From Octopus bimaculoides (taxonomy: Eukaryota): 32,755 nt of DNA. Positions 1 to 12,590 of this stretch are shown here, piece by piece. The position numbers and the translations under genes were made by a program. The stretch spans positions 37,193,356 through 37,226,110 of the forward strand of contig NC_068989.1 of NCBI RefSeq assembly GCF_001194135.2, given 5' to 3'. The notes under the pieces are model-generated. The model was not told where the DNA came from. It searched no databases and saw nothing but the letters and a program-made list of their open reading frames with translations. Position 1 is the first letter of the stretch, and each line of letters opens with the position of its first letter.

Positions 1-9
1 ATATATATA

Positions 10-42
<33 letters not shown>

Positions 43-43
43 A

Positions 44-94
<51 letters not shown>

Positions 95-435
95 ACGTGT
101 CTATGTGTAAACGTGTATACAAACATGTTCAGCTATTTATGTGACATTTTCCGTATTCCTATACATACATTCATACGTATATATACCTATTTATATGCAA
201 CAGCACAAATGCACATATAGACTACATGCAGGTATACAGGCAATCTTATACATATTTATGTATATATATACATATATATTTATATACATATATATATATA
301 TATATTTATATAACTATGTATACATATACCTGTGTATATATAAACATATGTCTATATACAAGTATATATGTGCATAAATATATACTCATATACGTATGCA
401 CACATATATATATGCATGTAAAAATATACATATGC

Positions 436-482
<47 letters not shown>

Positions 483-520
483 TATATATATTCCTGTCTA
501 TGTATTTATCTTCCTTTAGG
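1..520. repeat. Compound microsatellite field (TA)n/(TATG)n/(TG)n
   Basis: Directly visible di- and tetranucleotide repeats; the ORFs here (YIYI, CVCV) are translation artefacts. Confidence 0.95.
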
Positions 521-980
521 TCAGATTGCTTATTTACACGAATAACTTTTTGTCTACAGTATTTTCTTCAACTTGTTATTCCTAATCTGCACACATACCC
601 GTTCGCTCATACACACACGCACATACAGATACCCACTAATTACCTGTAATTATGCAGGTAATGATGGATTTAAACCATGTTTCTAGAAACTCATTGCATT
701 CAATCAGAGGTGACTGTATTAATAATTAGCTGAAACATTTGATTTTGATTATATTTTTTTTTATTCTGGTCCATGTTTAGTCTGTTTATGTAAATTGACG
801 GTTTTATAATAGACTGCACAACGTTGAGAATTGTTGTTGCAGCCTATTATTTCAAGACACTGACATGTACCACAAAATGTATTTTTATTTACTTCTTTAC
901 AGTGTTTGTGTGTGTGGGTGTGTGGGTGGGGTGTGGGTGTGGGTGAGACGCTAAAATATATGCCACACCATGAAAACAAG

Positions 981-1072
981 TACTGGTTTCGACATGATCA
1001 ACTATGACTCTCCGAGGCAGTGCCCCAGTATGACGTTAGTCCAATGAGTGGAATAAGCAAAATATATTATAG
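981..1072 (+). mobile_element. Degenerate 3' end of the SINE family seen intact at 31365
   Basis: gtgccccagtatgacgttagtccaatgagtggaataagcaaaa resembles gtgctccagcatggccacagtcaaaagactgaaacaagtaaaa at 31720-31765. Confidence 0.55.
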
Positions 1073-1080
1073 AAGGTAAG

Positions 1081-1142
<62 letters not shown>

Positions 1143-1433
1143 GATACATGCATACATATATATATATATATCCACGCGCATATATACACATAGCACCCCT
1201 ACTGCGCAGCTTTCGCCGCCCTAAATCATTCATGTCATTGTTTGGTCCGAGGAAAAAAATAGAACATACGCGANNNNNNNNNNAAATCATTCATGTCATT
1301 GTTTGGTCCGAGGAAAAAAATAGAACATACGCGAATATACATACATACATACATATGCATACATACATACATACATACATATACGCGTTCGCGCACACAG
1401 TCACACACATATATATAGTAATTGTATTAACGT

Positions 1434-1650
1434 GGAGGCGCAATGGCCCAGTGGTTAGGGCAGCGGACTCGTGGAAGGAGGATCGCCGTTTCGATACCTA
1501 GACCGGGCGTTGTGTGTGTTTATTGAGCGAAAACACTTAAAGCTCCACGAGGCTCCGGCAGGGGTTGGTGGCGACACCTCTTGTACTCTTTCGCCCCAAC
1601 TTTCTTTCACTCTTTCTTCCTGTTTCTTGAGTAAAGCTGTGATGGACTGG
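1434..1650 (+). mobile_element. tRNA-derived SINE, 5' portion
   Basis: A-box-like TGGCCCAGTGG and B-box-like GTTTCGATACC in a tRNA-like head (ggaggcgcaatggcccagtggttagggcagcggactcg...), followed by a non-tRNA body. Confidence 0.8.
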
Positions 1651-1969
1651 CGTATATATACATATAATTGTCATTAAATATGATTACATTGCTTGAAATA
1701 AGTGCTAAAAAGCTCTAATGCTGTAGTTAAAGCATATAATTGTATGCATGTGTACTGACAGGGGCTGTAATCGCCCGAAACCACCGGTCGAGAAATTCCC
1801 TATACTGATCGGTCAGTTTCGGCTAATTTCGTAACTCCTATTTCCAGCAATGTAGATGTTCTAATACCCTAGTCATATTTAGTGACAATTATAGCTTTCC
1901 TTTTTGGTAGCACATTGCACACGCCTGTCTACATTAATTTTATATATATGTATACATAAAACATCATAT

Positions 1970-2028
<59 letters not shown>

Positions 2029-2805
2029 CACACACACACATACACACACACACACACACACTTAGGGAGATTTCCCTGGTCGCTATCCATCAGCAAATTT
2101 GGCGTATGAATAAAACACATACACTATGCATGCGCAACTGAAAATGTTTACATTCCTAGAACTGCTTTTAATTCGTAATTTAATTTTCTATCACATGTGC
2201 TACGCTGCAGCTTATCAGCAAATAGATTTCACTTTATTTGTCTACGTCTCAGACCAGCGACTCATTTCGTTTCGAGATGATTCGAGTACATGGTATTGAT
2301 AAGCCACAAAAAAGTGCGAAACATCGGTATCTCCCATTTTCATGATTCCAAGGCGAGTTGTATCACCTGGTCTGTGACATTCAGATGTTCTTGAACACTT
2401 GGCTTCCTCTAGGGAGTTTTTCTTGGACGCTATCCCACAGCAATGTTGGTGTATAAATACATACACTATGTATGTGTGACCGATAATGTTTAAATACATA
2501 CATACATACATACATACATACATACATACATACATACATACATACATACATACATGCATATACATACACGTATATATACAAAATAAAATAGCACACATAT
2601 ATCCACACACATACATACACACAACACACATGTATACACACAGCACCCCTACTGTGTAGCTTCCGCCGCCCTAATTCATTCATGTACACTTTCCACGTTC
2701 ATTTTGAATTTTTTTACGTTTCAATAATTTTTCTCTGATTTTACTCATCCTCGAATTTGATGGACATATAGAGGTACGTAAGTCGACTCAAAAATTCACT
2801 AGTGA

Positions 2806-2870
2806 GACTTTTTATTGTTGTAACTGACGAGATCCAGTAGGGGTCGAAACGTGTTGTACCCAATAAAGTC
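2806..2870 (+). ncRNA. Type I hammerhead ribozyme motif (PLE-terminus type)
   Basis: CTGACGA (2824-2830), stem II GATCC/GGGTC, GAAAC (2846-2850), minimal stem III, GTA triplet (2856-2858). Distal stem I gactttttattg/caataaagtc; the proximal stem I is mismatched. Confidence 0.65.
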
Positions 2871-3850
2871 TATTACACATTCCGTCTCCTATTTTATTAA
2901 TACTGTTACCCCAACCGCCACCACAAAATTCCTGCAGTAAATCTACGGACAACAACAGGTAACTGAAACTGTGTCAGTGCTTTACTCATTATCCATTTAT
3001 ACATTCTGTACAATTTCTCCATTATATANNNNNNNNNNNNNNNNNNNNNNNNNNNNNNNNNNNNNNNNNNNNNNNNNNNNNNNNNNNNNNNNNNNNNNNN
3101 NNNNNNNNNNNNNNNNNNNNNNNNNNNNNNNNNNNNNNNNNNNNNNNNNNNNNNNNNNNNNNNNNNNNNNNNNNNNNNNNNNNNNNNNNNNNNNNNNNNN
3201 NNNNNNNNNNNNNNNNNNNNNNNNNNNNNNNNNNNNNNNNNNNNNNNNNNNNNNNNNNNNNNNNNNNNNNNNNNNNNNNNNNNNNNNNNNNNNNNNNNNN
3301 NNNNNNNNNNNNNNNNNNNNNNNNNNNNNNNNNNNNNNNNNNNNNNNNNNNNNNNNNNNNNNNNNNNNNNNNNNNNNNNNNNNNNNNNNNNNNNNNNNNN
3401 NNNNNNNNNNNNNNNNNNNNNNNNNNNNNNNNNNNNNNNNNNNNNNNNNNNNNNNNNNNNNNNNNNNNNNNNNNNNNNNNNNNNNNNNNNNNNNNNNNNN
3501 NNNNNNNNNNNNNNNNNNNNNNNNNNNNNNNNNNNNNNNNNNNNNNNNNNNNNNNNNNNNNNNNNNNNNNNNNNNNNNNNNNNNNNNNNNNNNNNNNNNN
3601 NNNNNNNNNNNNNNNNNNNNNNNNNNNNNNNNNNNNNNNNNNNNNNNNNNNNNNNNNNNNNNNNNNNNNNNNNNNNNNNNNNNNNNNNNNNNNNNNNNNN
3701 NNNNNNNNNNNNNNNNNNNNNNNNNNNNNNNNNNNNNNNNNNNNNNNNNNNNNNNNNNNNNNTGTATATATCTACATCTTTTTCTCTACAGATATCGATT
3801 CTCAACGAGATGAAAAACCACTCTACAAAAATATATATCAAAATGTATAT

Positions 3851-3914
<64 letters not shown>

Positions 3915-4009
3915 TATATATACATACATACACACACACACACACACACGCACACACACACACACACATATATATATATGTATGTATATATATATATATA
4001 TATATATGT

Positions 4010-4065
<56 letters not shown>

Positions 4066-4357
4066 ATGTACACATACATATTTGTTTATATATGTATATA
4101 TACATACATATAAATATATGAACATTTTACAAATATATTCTCATAAAGCCTGTTACAAAACTCATCTAATACCATCATAATGACCTTATATTCACCAACG
4201 TAATCTTTTTATTATTTATATTTCATATAATATACACAGACACTCACACACACACACACACAGAAAGATGCCTGTGTGTGAGTGTGTGTGCATGCATATA
4301 TCTCACGCATATATATATTTTATAGTTTATGTACGATGTCACCTTTTATTCTAGTGT

Positions 4358-4392
<35 letters not shown>

Positions 4393-4619
4393 NNNNNNNN
4401 NNNNNNNNNNNNNNNNNNNNNNNNNNNNNNNNNNNNNNNNNNNNNNNNNNNNNNNNNNNNNNNNNNNNNNNNNNNNNNNNNNNNNNNNNNNNNNNATATA
4501 TGTATATATATATATATATTATTAGGACCTACTGTACAGTTATATTTTAATGTTTATTGTTTTTTCACTTTTTGCAACATTAAATATTTATTTTCTATTT
4601 TATTTTAGCGTTTGGATTT

Positions 4620-4625
4620 TACTGT

Positions 4626-4702
<77 letters not shown>

Positions 4703-4723
4703 TTACTACTACCACCACCACCA
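4620..4723. repeat. (CTA)n-(CCA)n trinucleotide microsatellite
   Basis: Directly visible; abuts the truncated end of the mariner fragment. Confidence 0.95.
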
Positions 4724-5386
4724 CGCCAACGGTTGTTCTGTGTGTTCATCTGATCCTGACAGAATTTTTTCTCGTCTGAGAAAAACCAAAGCATGTTCGG
4801 TTGGAGGGGCTGCTTGAGTTTTTTCAAAAGCTTCTTAGCACGGTCTTTCCTCTTGTCCTTGATAGCTTGGGACAACAATTGGCCCTTTCTCATCTTGTAT
4901 GAGGAATACCGAATATCTTCGTGCACTACCTGCCTGATAAGAAACTCAGACACTCGACACACCCATCTCCCTGGCAATGGACCTGATTGGCTTGGAGGGA
5001 TCATTGTTAATCATGGCCTGGATCTCACGAACAAATTCAGGAGATCTTTTCTTATCAGAACGATCCGAGTGAGTTTTCCGAGCTGCTTTACCCTCGTAAT
5101 CATCATTAAATTCATCCAACTCATTTTGAATCCTGTGAACTGCCCTCAGATTGACACCCAAACACTCTGAAATGTTCGTATTGGTGCTTCTGGTGTTAAT
5201 GCCAAGCAGTAAAGCATATTGTTTCCAAATTTCTGGCCGAGTGAATTGCGTCATAGTGCTGCTTTTCTCACAGACGGTGCCCAACTCGCCCTACTATACT
5301 ATGTAGTTGACAAAATCAAAAACAAAGAATGCGCAGGCACGAAATTAAAAATATAAAATTTCGATAATATACCCATCGCATCCTGC
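4724..5386 (-). mobile_element. Tc1/mariner (maT/DD37D-like) transposon 5' half, transposase pseudogene
   Basis: Frameshifted minus ORFs join to MTQFTRPEIW...HTH region...RSIAREMGVSEFLIRQVVHEDIRYSSYKMRKGQLLS...WFFSDEKKFCQDQMNTQNNRW, which includes the first catalytic D. Decayed TIR ...cccatcgcatcctg at 5372-5385. Confidence 0.9.
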
Positions 5387-5404
5387 ATTTATTACACACA
5401 CACA

Positions 5405-5488
<84 letters not shown>

Positions 5489-5496
5489 TAGATAGA

Positions 5497-5630
5497 TACG
5501 ACGGGCTTCATTCAGTTGCCGTTTACCAGATCCTCTCACAAGGCTTTGGTCGGCCCGAGGTTATAGTAGATGACACTTGCCCACGTATGCAAGTGGTCGG
5601 GAAGCAAGCTTCTTATCACACAGCCACGCA
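5497..5630 (-). mobile_element. SINE 5' fragment (31365 family), internally deleted
   Basis: Reverse complement matches gtggctgtgtg...gggcaagtgtc..ctactata.cctcgggccgaccaaagccttgtgag...gaagcccgtcgta. Confidence 0.9.
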
Positions 5631-5706
5631 TACATACATGCATACATATATACATACATACATGCATGCATGCATACATACATGCATGCATACATATATA
5701 CATACA

Positions 5707-5741
<35 letters not shown>

Positions 5742-5744
5742 CAT

Positions 5745-7910
5745 GCGGCCTTTAAGTAGCGACTAGATAACCATAGGTCCTCTATTAGGATCTTAGGGAG
5801 GCGCAACATTATCTATTTGACGAACTACATATAGTGTTTAAATGAAGATAGAATGCCATACAGGATAAAATGAAGCTTCAGGAACAGCCTGGTCTATACC
5901 TCAGCGGGAGTAGGCGATGCAGACTTTGCTTGACCTTGAGGGTAAGGATCCTAACAAAGCGCTTTCAAAAGTAATGTGCTTAGTCGGTGCCTTCATGAGA
6001 GAAAAATCATGTTGAAGACATGGAATTCCCCGCTTGCTGACTAGTGAAGGGAAATCGTACATAAACTGATTCTTTTTGGACACATTTGGAGACATTTGAA
6101 ACCGTCTCACCAAGGAACAGCTTTTACTTCGAAGAATTTCGTTTCAGGGTTTTTTTAAACATCCCTGATTGACGAAGACTGCAATCTAACATCCATTTGT
6201 AAAGAGGTTATGTGCTTCCGGCCAGGAAGTCTAAAGAGTCGCTTACATTGCTAAGAGCATGCAGAGGCGAAACCAATGGTAACTTTCTGACCAGCCATAA
6301 CCAATGGTACCACTAAATATTACTGCTCATAACATTTTTGGGGTGAGCCTTTTCGGACTTATGAGCACACCATCAAAACTTTACACGAGGATGCTACTCG
6401 AGAAGACCACCGACCTCATAAGGCATAATTCTATGACCAAGCAACACGGCCCTCGGAGGTCAAGATCTACAACATCAAATCTAGAAGGTTCCCATCCAGA
6501 ATTAAAGACCTTGAAACCTTCGAAGTGAACCTACTGTGCACCATCCACAAAATGAAATTCCGTAAGCCCTTCAGTCTTTTTTAGAGCAAGTTTTTTTCTG
6601 TTATACATCTGAAAAAAATTCAGATAGGGCTTTACTGTTCTTTGTAAAATCCCAGCTAAATCGGAAAGATCAACAATGATATAAGATGAATATCCAGTCA
6701 CTCCTTATGATATTACACCCAATTTGATATAATAGATTTTCATCCGTCTATATTGAAAGGATTACTAGTTAAATCCCTTATGTTCGCTAGGGAATTTACT
6801 GGCATGAGTGATAGGGATGTAGATGTAATAATGCATGTCAGGAAAACTCTGCTGTCCAACAGAGGTCCGACTTCAGTCAAACAAGCTGATCTAGTGGGCT
6901 CCTTCGATGTGGCGATGGGAGCATTCGGCAATACAAATATCTGTAATCTCCTAAAATTACATATACTGAACATCTTAACGAAGAGGTTCCCGACAGTCCT
7001 TTCTGGTCTTCACAAAGATGACGCTTTAGCCATATGTAGAGGCACAAATGAGCACATCCTAGATAAACTTAGGAAGGACCTAATTCACACGCTTAGCTCC
7101 CTTGTCTTAGGATTACAATTGAGACCAAAGTTACTATTGTTAACTTTGTAGATGTTACATTCGATTTGGGTACCTATTCATACAGGCCTTCCTGCAAACC
7201 AAATGAAAGGCTGCCGTACATTAACACAGCCCCTGCCACCCTCCTATTAGTTTCAAGAACCTAGTAAAGGGTGTCAGTAAGAGGATTTGGAACCAGTCCT
7301 CGAATAAAGAGATTTTCAGCGCTGCGGCCTTCTGTCACAGAGAGGCTTTGGCAGCCAAAGAAATTTAAGGACCGCATCTCCTGTATGCCAGGACCTAACA
7401 CTCACATAAATAAAGTGCCATCATAAGGTGCTTTGGTTTACCCTACCCTTCTTACTCAACGTCAAGACCTGCATGGGAAGGATCGTCCTTAGATTAGTGG
7501 ATAAGCATTTCACGCGATCCTATAGGCATGGACGATTATTTAATAGACGTAACATTCAACTGTGCGCCCCGGGTTACAAAGATTTTAATGATCAGATCTT
7601 AAGCCCCTCTCAGAAGCAGAATGCTCATGTAGAGTTAACAGTGAATGTCCAATGAGTGGTCGTTGCAACTCAAGGCTGTAGTCTATGAGGCAGAGGTGTA
7701 TCCATCAGCAACAGCAGCAACGGCAGCTATGGCAGCGCCAACAACAACGACAGTACCATCATCAGCATCAACAACAGCACCAACAATGCAGCCAGTAGTA
7801 ACAGGAGTCCGGGGCAGTCCGACGATGGTTTAACTGGTCGAAACTTCGAAGTCATTGTCAACAACATTCTTGTTTAAGAATAACCTTGTACTCTACAAAA
7901 GTATAGAATA
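5745..7910 (+). mobile_element. Decayed near-complete Penelope-like retroelement: upstream pLTR (EN C-terminus + UTR + HHR), RT, thumb/linker, GIY-YIG N-terminus
   Basis: 5745-6045 encodes the EN C-terminus (FK*RLDNHRSS...NYI*...PYRIK*...SGSRRCRLCL...SRCLHERKIMLKTW). About 6360 is the ORF N-terminus (STPSKLYTRMLLEKTTDLIR). RT motifs: FDIIDFHPSI, FDVAMGAF, GLHKDD (decayed YRDD), DVTFDL..YRPSCKPN..YINTA..HPP, WFTLPFLLNVKT..G...LVDKHF. At 7640-7900: CPMSGRC/AVVYEAEV...(YY)GLTGRNF. Many stops and frameshifts. Confidence 0.9.
6227..6285 (+). ncRNA. Degenerate type I hammerhead ribozyme in the PLE pLTR
   Basis: Stem I AAGT/ACTT, core CTAAAGA (CTGAAGA with G5>A), partial stem II, GAAAC-CAATG-GTA with near-palindromic stem III (ACCA-A-TGGT). 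Confidence 0.6.
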
Positions 7911-8851
7911 ATCCCTGTAAAATTGTTTCTATTACAACTAAACATAAAAACAAACACACACACGCACACACATAGAGGCACACACAAACACACATACACA
8001 AACAGTTTACTGTTTCGTTTTTCGTAAGGTTAAGAAAGAGATATTCCATCCAATGAAAGATAACTATCATTTAATGTACACAATATTCAAATACAAGCCA
8101 CTAATAGCTTCATGTTGTGGATCTATGTCGTGCTTTGTGTTTCCACAGCATGAAACTATTAGTAGCTCGTATTTAAATTCTGTGTGTATTATATCACACA
8201 CATTAAACGCTATAGTAAGTAGCCTATCGCAGCTGCAACACCTTAGTGTTATAACCAATTACAGCTGGTTATTCAAACACAAAATATTAAGATGTATTTG
8301 TTCTTGTGGCAGTTCTCATACTCAAACAAAGTTGTACAAATATATACGATCAGCTCTAACCTGGAGCTAAACAATACAACAGCCAATAACATCTTTTCTG
8401 TTCACGTCAGCTGATTTCTCTAATAACCAACCACTCTGAAATATCACACGTTTCTCTCTTGCAAATTAATGTTATGCACCTAACAGATCATGTTCTTATT
8501 TCTCTTGAAATTCGATAAACATTCTCCATTCACTGCCTATATCTCATTATCATGCTGTATCAATATGCTTCATAAACTTTTCTAATCTCAAGTATTAAGT
8601 TAGATCATCATGTTAACAGAACTATCAATAGTATCTAACGAATCTTCTGCTTCATGGTCGCTTTTAATATCCTGTAATCTCCTTTCCTCTAATTATTTTT
8701 CAATATCTAATGAATATGATGCCGAGGTTCCCCACGAACCTTCATAAATATCCCACCGTGCAATTTGCGTACCTTTTCTTTAATTATTATTATTAATTAA
8801 ACAACATCTCTTATTAATGAAATATTGCCGATGTTTTCTGTTCATAAAACT

Positions 8852-8925
8852 GAGGTGGCTTAGTAGGTAAGGGTATTGGATTAACTACTCATAAATTGTT
8901 AGTTCAAATCCACACCGTGCAATTT
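8852..8925 (+). mobile_element. Highly degenerate tRNA-SINE head
   Basis: ggtggcttagtaggtaag (A-box-like) ... gttcaaatcc (B-box-like). Confidence 0.4.
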
Positions 8926-9344
8926 CATTGTTTATGTGTACATAGATTCAGTCCCCCAGAATGAAAAGAGTAAGTAAAGGAGCATTCGTGAGAGACTAGT
9001 TTCTTAGATGTTGGTAGAATTTGTATTTTGTTTCATTAACTCATCTACTTCTCCTCATGAGACCGAAACTTAGTTCAGCCCCAATACTTATATGACCTAA
9101 CCCGCAAGATGTTTATATTGTTATCATGTGACAGCTAATAAAAATCTACCAAAGGACTGTTGTGAAAATTATGGCTAAGTGAAATAGTAGCATATTAAAG
9201 ATTAGTGAATGATGACTAACGAAAAAAGGATATAACTATACGTAGAACGCGTTAGGAGATAAACACTTCTTTTAGCGCTGTATAAAATTGATAATAAAAC
9301 TAATAATCAGTGGGTCAGTAATGGTATTAGGAAGTAAGTGCACA

Positions 9345-9409
<65 letters not shown>

Positions 9410-9414
9410 GATCG

Positions 9415-9474
<60 letters not shown>

Positions 9475-9491
9475 GTCTGTCTGTCTGTCTA

Positions 9492-9541
<50 letters not shown>

Positions 9542-9558
9542 ATTCTATCTATCTATCT
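9345..9558. repeat. (TATC)n grading into (TGTC)n tetranucleotide array
   Basis: Directly visible. Confidence 0.95.
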
Positions 9559-9773
9559 GTGAGTTTGTTCGTATGAAAAAGTCTTACAGTCCGAAACGAA
9601 TACTCAATACTTGAAGAAGTAGAGTGTGTTGCAACTTTGTCAAGTGAGGAAGTTATTTACAGGTGTAATACTAGTTCCATTAATAAACTATTCAGAACGG
9701 ACATGTGTGTGTGTATGTATGTATGTATGTATGTATGTATGTATGTATGTATGTATGTATGTATGTATGTATG

Positions 9774-9808
<35 letters not shown>

Positions 9809-10908
9809 GTATGNNNNNNNNNNNNNNNNNNNNNNNNNNNNNNNNNNNNNNNNNNNNNNNNNNNNNNNNNNNNNNNNNNNNNNNNNNNNNNNNNNNNNNN
9901 NNNNNNNNNNNNNNNNNNNNNNNNNNNNNNNNNNNNNNNNNNNNNNNNNNNNNNNNNNNNNNNNNNNNNNNNNNNNNNNNNNNNNNNNNNNNNNNNNNNN
10001 NNNNNNNNNNNNNNNNNNNNNNNNNNNNNNNNNNNNNNNNNNNNNNNNNNNNNNNNNNNNNNNNNNNNNNNNNNNNNNNNNNNNNNNNNNNNNNNNNNNN
10101 NNNNNNNNNNNNNNNNNNNNNNNNNNNNNNNNNNNNNNNNNNNNNNNNNNNNNNNNNNNNNNNNNNNNNNNNNNNNNNNNNNNNNNNNNNNNNNNNNNNN
10201 NNNNNNNNNNNNNNNNNNNNNNNNNNNNNNNNNNNNNNNNNNNNNNNNNNNNNNNNNNNNNNNNNNNNNNNNNNNNNNNNNNNNNNNNNNNNNNNNNNNN
10301 NNNNNNNNNNNNNNNNNNNNNNNNNNNNNNNNNNNNNNNNNNNNNNNNNNNNNNNNNNNNNNNNNNNNNNNNNNNNNNNNNNNNNNNNNNNNNNNNNNNN
10401 NNNNNNNNNNNNNNNNNNNNNNNNNNNNNNNNNNNNNNNNNNNNNNNNNNNNNNNNNNNNNNNNNNNNNNNNNNNNNNNNNNNNNNNNNNNNNNNNNNNN
10501 NNNNNNNNNNNNNNNNNNNNNNNNNNNNNNNNNNNNNNNNNNNNNNNNNNNNNNNNNNNNNNNNNNNNNNNNNNNNNNNNNNNNNNNNNNNNNNNNNNNN
10601 NNNNNNNNNNNNNNNNNNNNNNNNNNNNNNNNNNNNNNNNNNNNNNNNNNNNNNNNNNNNNNNNNNNNNNNNNNNNNNNNNNNNNNNNNNNNNNNNNNNN
10701 NNNNNNNNNNNNNNNNNNNNNNNNNNNNNNNNNNNNNNNNNNNNNNNNNNNNNNNNNNATATATATATATATATATATACACGTATATATATACATTCAT
10801 TTAGACATACATATATGATAAAATACATTAAAGCACAAAGAAGCGCACACGCAAATACACACAGAGACACACACACAGACACATATGTACGCGTGTGTAC
10901 ATACTTAA

Positions 10909-10940
<32 letters not shown>

Positions 10941-11450
10941 GATAATATACATGTATAAAAAGCACACATTCGTATATACACCCTCATGCCACCAAACATA
11001 CGCACATCCACTCATTCATCCACATATTCACAAAAGCAGCAAACACACACACACACGCGCACACACACACAAACACACACACAGTTACATACACAACAGG
11101 TCACATTTAGAGAGAGGTATGCTGATAAACAAAAACAAGAAAGGAGGAAAGAAAGAGTAAGAGGAAAACAGAAAATGAGGAATAGAGAGACAAAAACAAG
11201 AAAAGGAAATAAAAGAAAAGACGAAAGTAAGTTTGTAAGAGTTCAATAGAAGGCATCTGGTGACATGCAATGTACGGTCTGTCGTGTGTGTGTATGTGTG
11301 TGTGTCTGTATGTTTGTATGTTTGTTTATGTGTATGTGCATGTGTAGGTGTGAGGTGAGGAGGAGTTGATGTAGACTATAGAATTATAGTAAAATAAACA
11401 AAAGTCTGCGTTTGATGTGATATGGTGATCATTAGAAGGTATTTGCAAGC

Positions 11451-11511
<61 letters not shown>

Positions 11512-11796
11512 CATACATATATATACACATATATAAACACACACATACATACGTACCTATATATATGTATAGATATGTAGATATATATATATACACTATA
11601 TATATTTGTAAATCTCTCATTCTCTATATCTGTACATGTACATGCATACATACATATATACATACACACACACATACACACATATAATGTTTGCGTGTGC
11701 ATGTATGCTCTTATCTATATTTTGCAAGCGTGTCTGTCGATGTATAAGTATATGTATATATGATAGATATATATATGTATATGTATATGTATATAT

Positions 11797-11869
<73 letters not shown>

Positions 11870-11993
11870 CATATATATATATATATACATACATATATAT
11901 ATAAATACATATATATATGTATATATATACATACGTATGGAGATGAGTGTGTGCACATGTGTATTTGTTTGTGTGTGTGTATGTGTGTGTGTG

Positions 11994-12033
<40 letters not shown>

Positions 12034-12436
12034 TATGTGTAGATTCGTAGATGTATAAATGTATAGCAGTGAAAACAAAGTAGATGAAAAATAAAAAGGG
12101 AGAGTAAAAGTATAAACAAACCGAAAAAAATGAAAGCAAACATCCAAACAACAAATAAATATATAAATAAACAAATAAATGAATGAGAGACAAATGAAAA
12201 ATCATGGAAAAATAGAATGTTTGAATAGAATTAGGTGGAACGATAAAATTCATTGCATTGTGTTCAATCAGTCAATCAATCAATTAATCAATAATTTTCT
12301 TATCTCATGCAACTGTGATAAAGAGAGTCAATTGTTAGGTTATTTGAAATTAGTGATATCTGTCTGTATTGACTTAAGATTGATTAAGATTGAGTAAAGC
12401 AGAAAATGGAGCTTGCGGCTATAATGCCTTGCTTAT

Positions 12437-12590
12437 AGTTGTGTGGTTGAGAAGTTTGTTTCGTAACTACTTGGATTTGGGTTCAATTTCATTGTGCCGA
12501 ATCTTTGTCCAATATGTGTTATCTTTGCATTAAGCCAACTACAGTCTTCTGAAAAAAACTGAGTGAATGGAAACTTTGTGGAAGTCCGCG
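12437..12590 (+). mobile_element. Old SINE 5' fragment (31365 family)
   Basis: tgtgtggttgagaagtttgtttcgtaactac..gggttcaatttcattg...gtgaatggaaact..gaagtccg aligns loosely to the SINE head and body. Confidence 0.55.

Noticed and set aside
1223-1334. Exact 51-bp tandem duplication (1223-1273 and 1284-1334)
   Set aside because: The copies flank a 10-N gap, the typical signature of an unmerged contig overlap (assembly artefact).
2130-2455. Non-repetitive-looking stretch with a minus ORF (possible transposase or exon remnant)
   Set aside because: No motif I can recognise in any frame; needs a homology search.
5745-7910. Exact circular permutation of the PLE, suggesting a circular-RNA template
   Set aside because: The 5' piece (FK*RLDNH) and the 3' end (GRNF...NN) overlap by roughly 25 codons, which is ordinary pLTR terminal redundancy with a lost 3' end.
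8053-8370. 105-aa plus-strand ORF in unique sequence
   Set aside because: No recognisable domain, no convincing splice or start context; length is compatible with chance.
9050-9080. CTCATGAGACCGAAAC hammerhead-like string
   Set aside because: No room for stem II and no stem I; compatible with chance.
9626-11011. Long ORFs (350-440 aa) here and at 2.9-3.8, 14.8-16.1, 17.3-18.2 and 28.5-29.2 kb
   Set aside because: Composed of N runs (X) and microsatellite translations; not genes.
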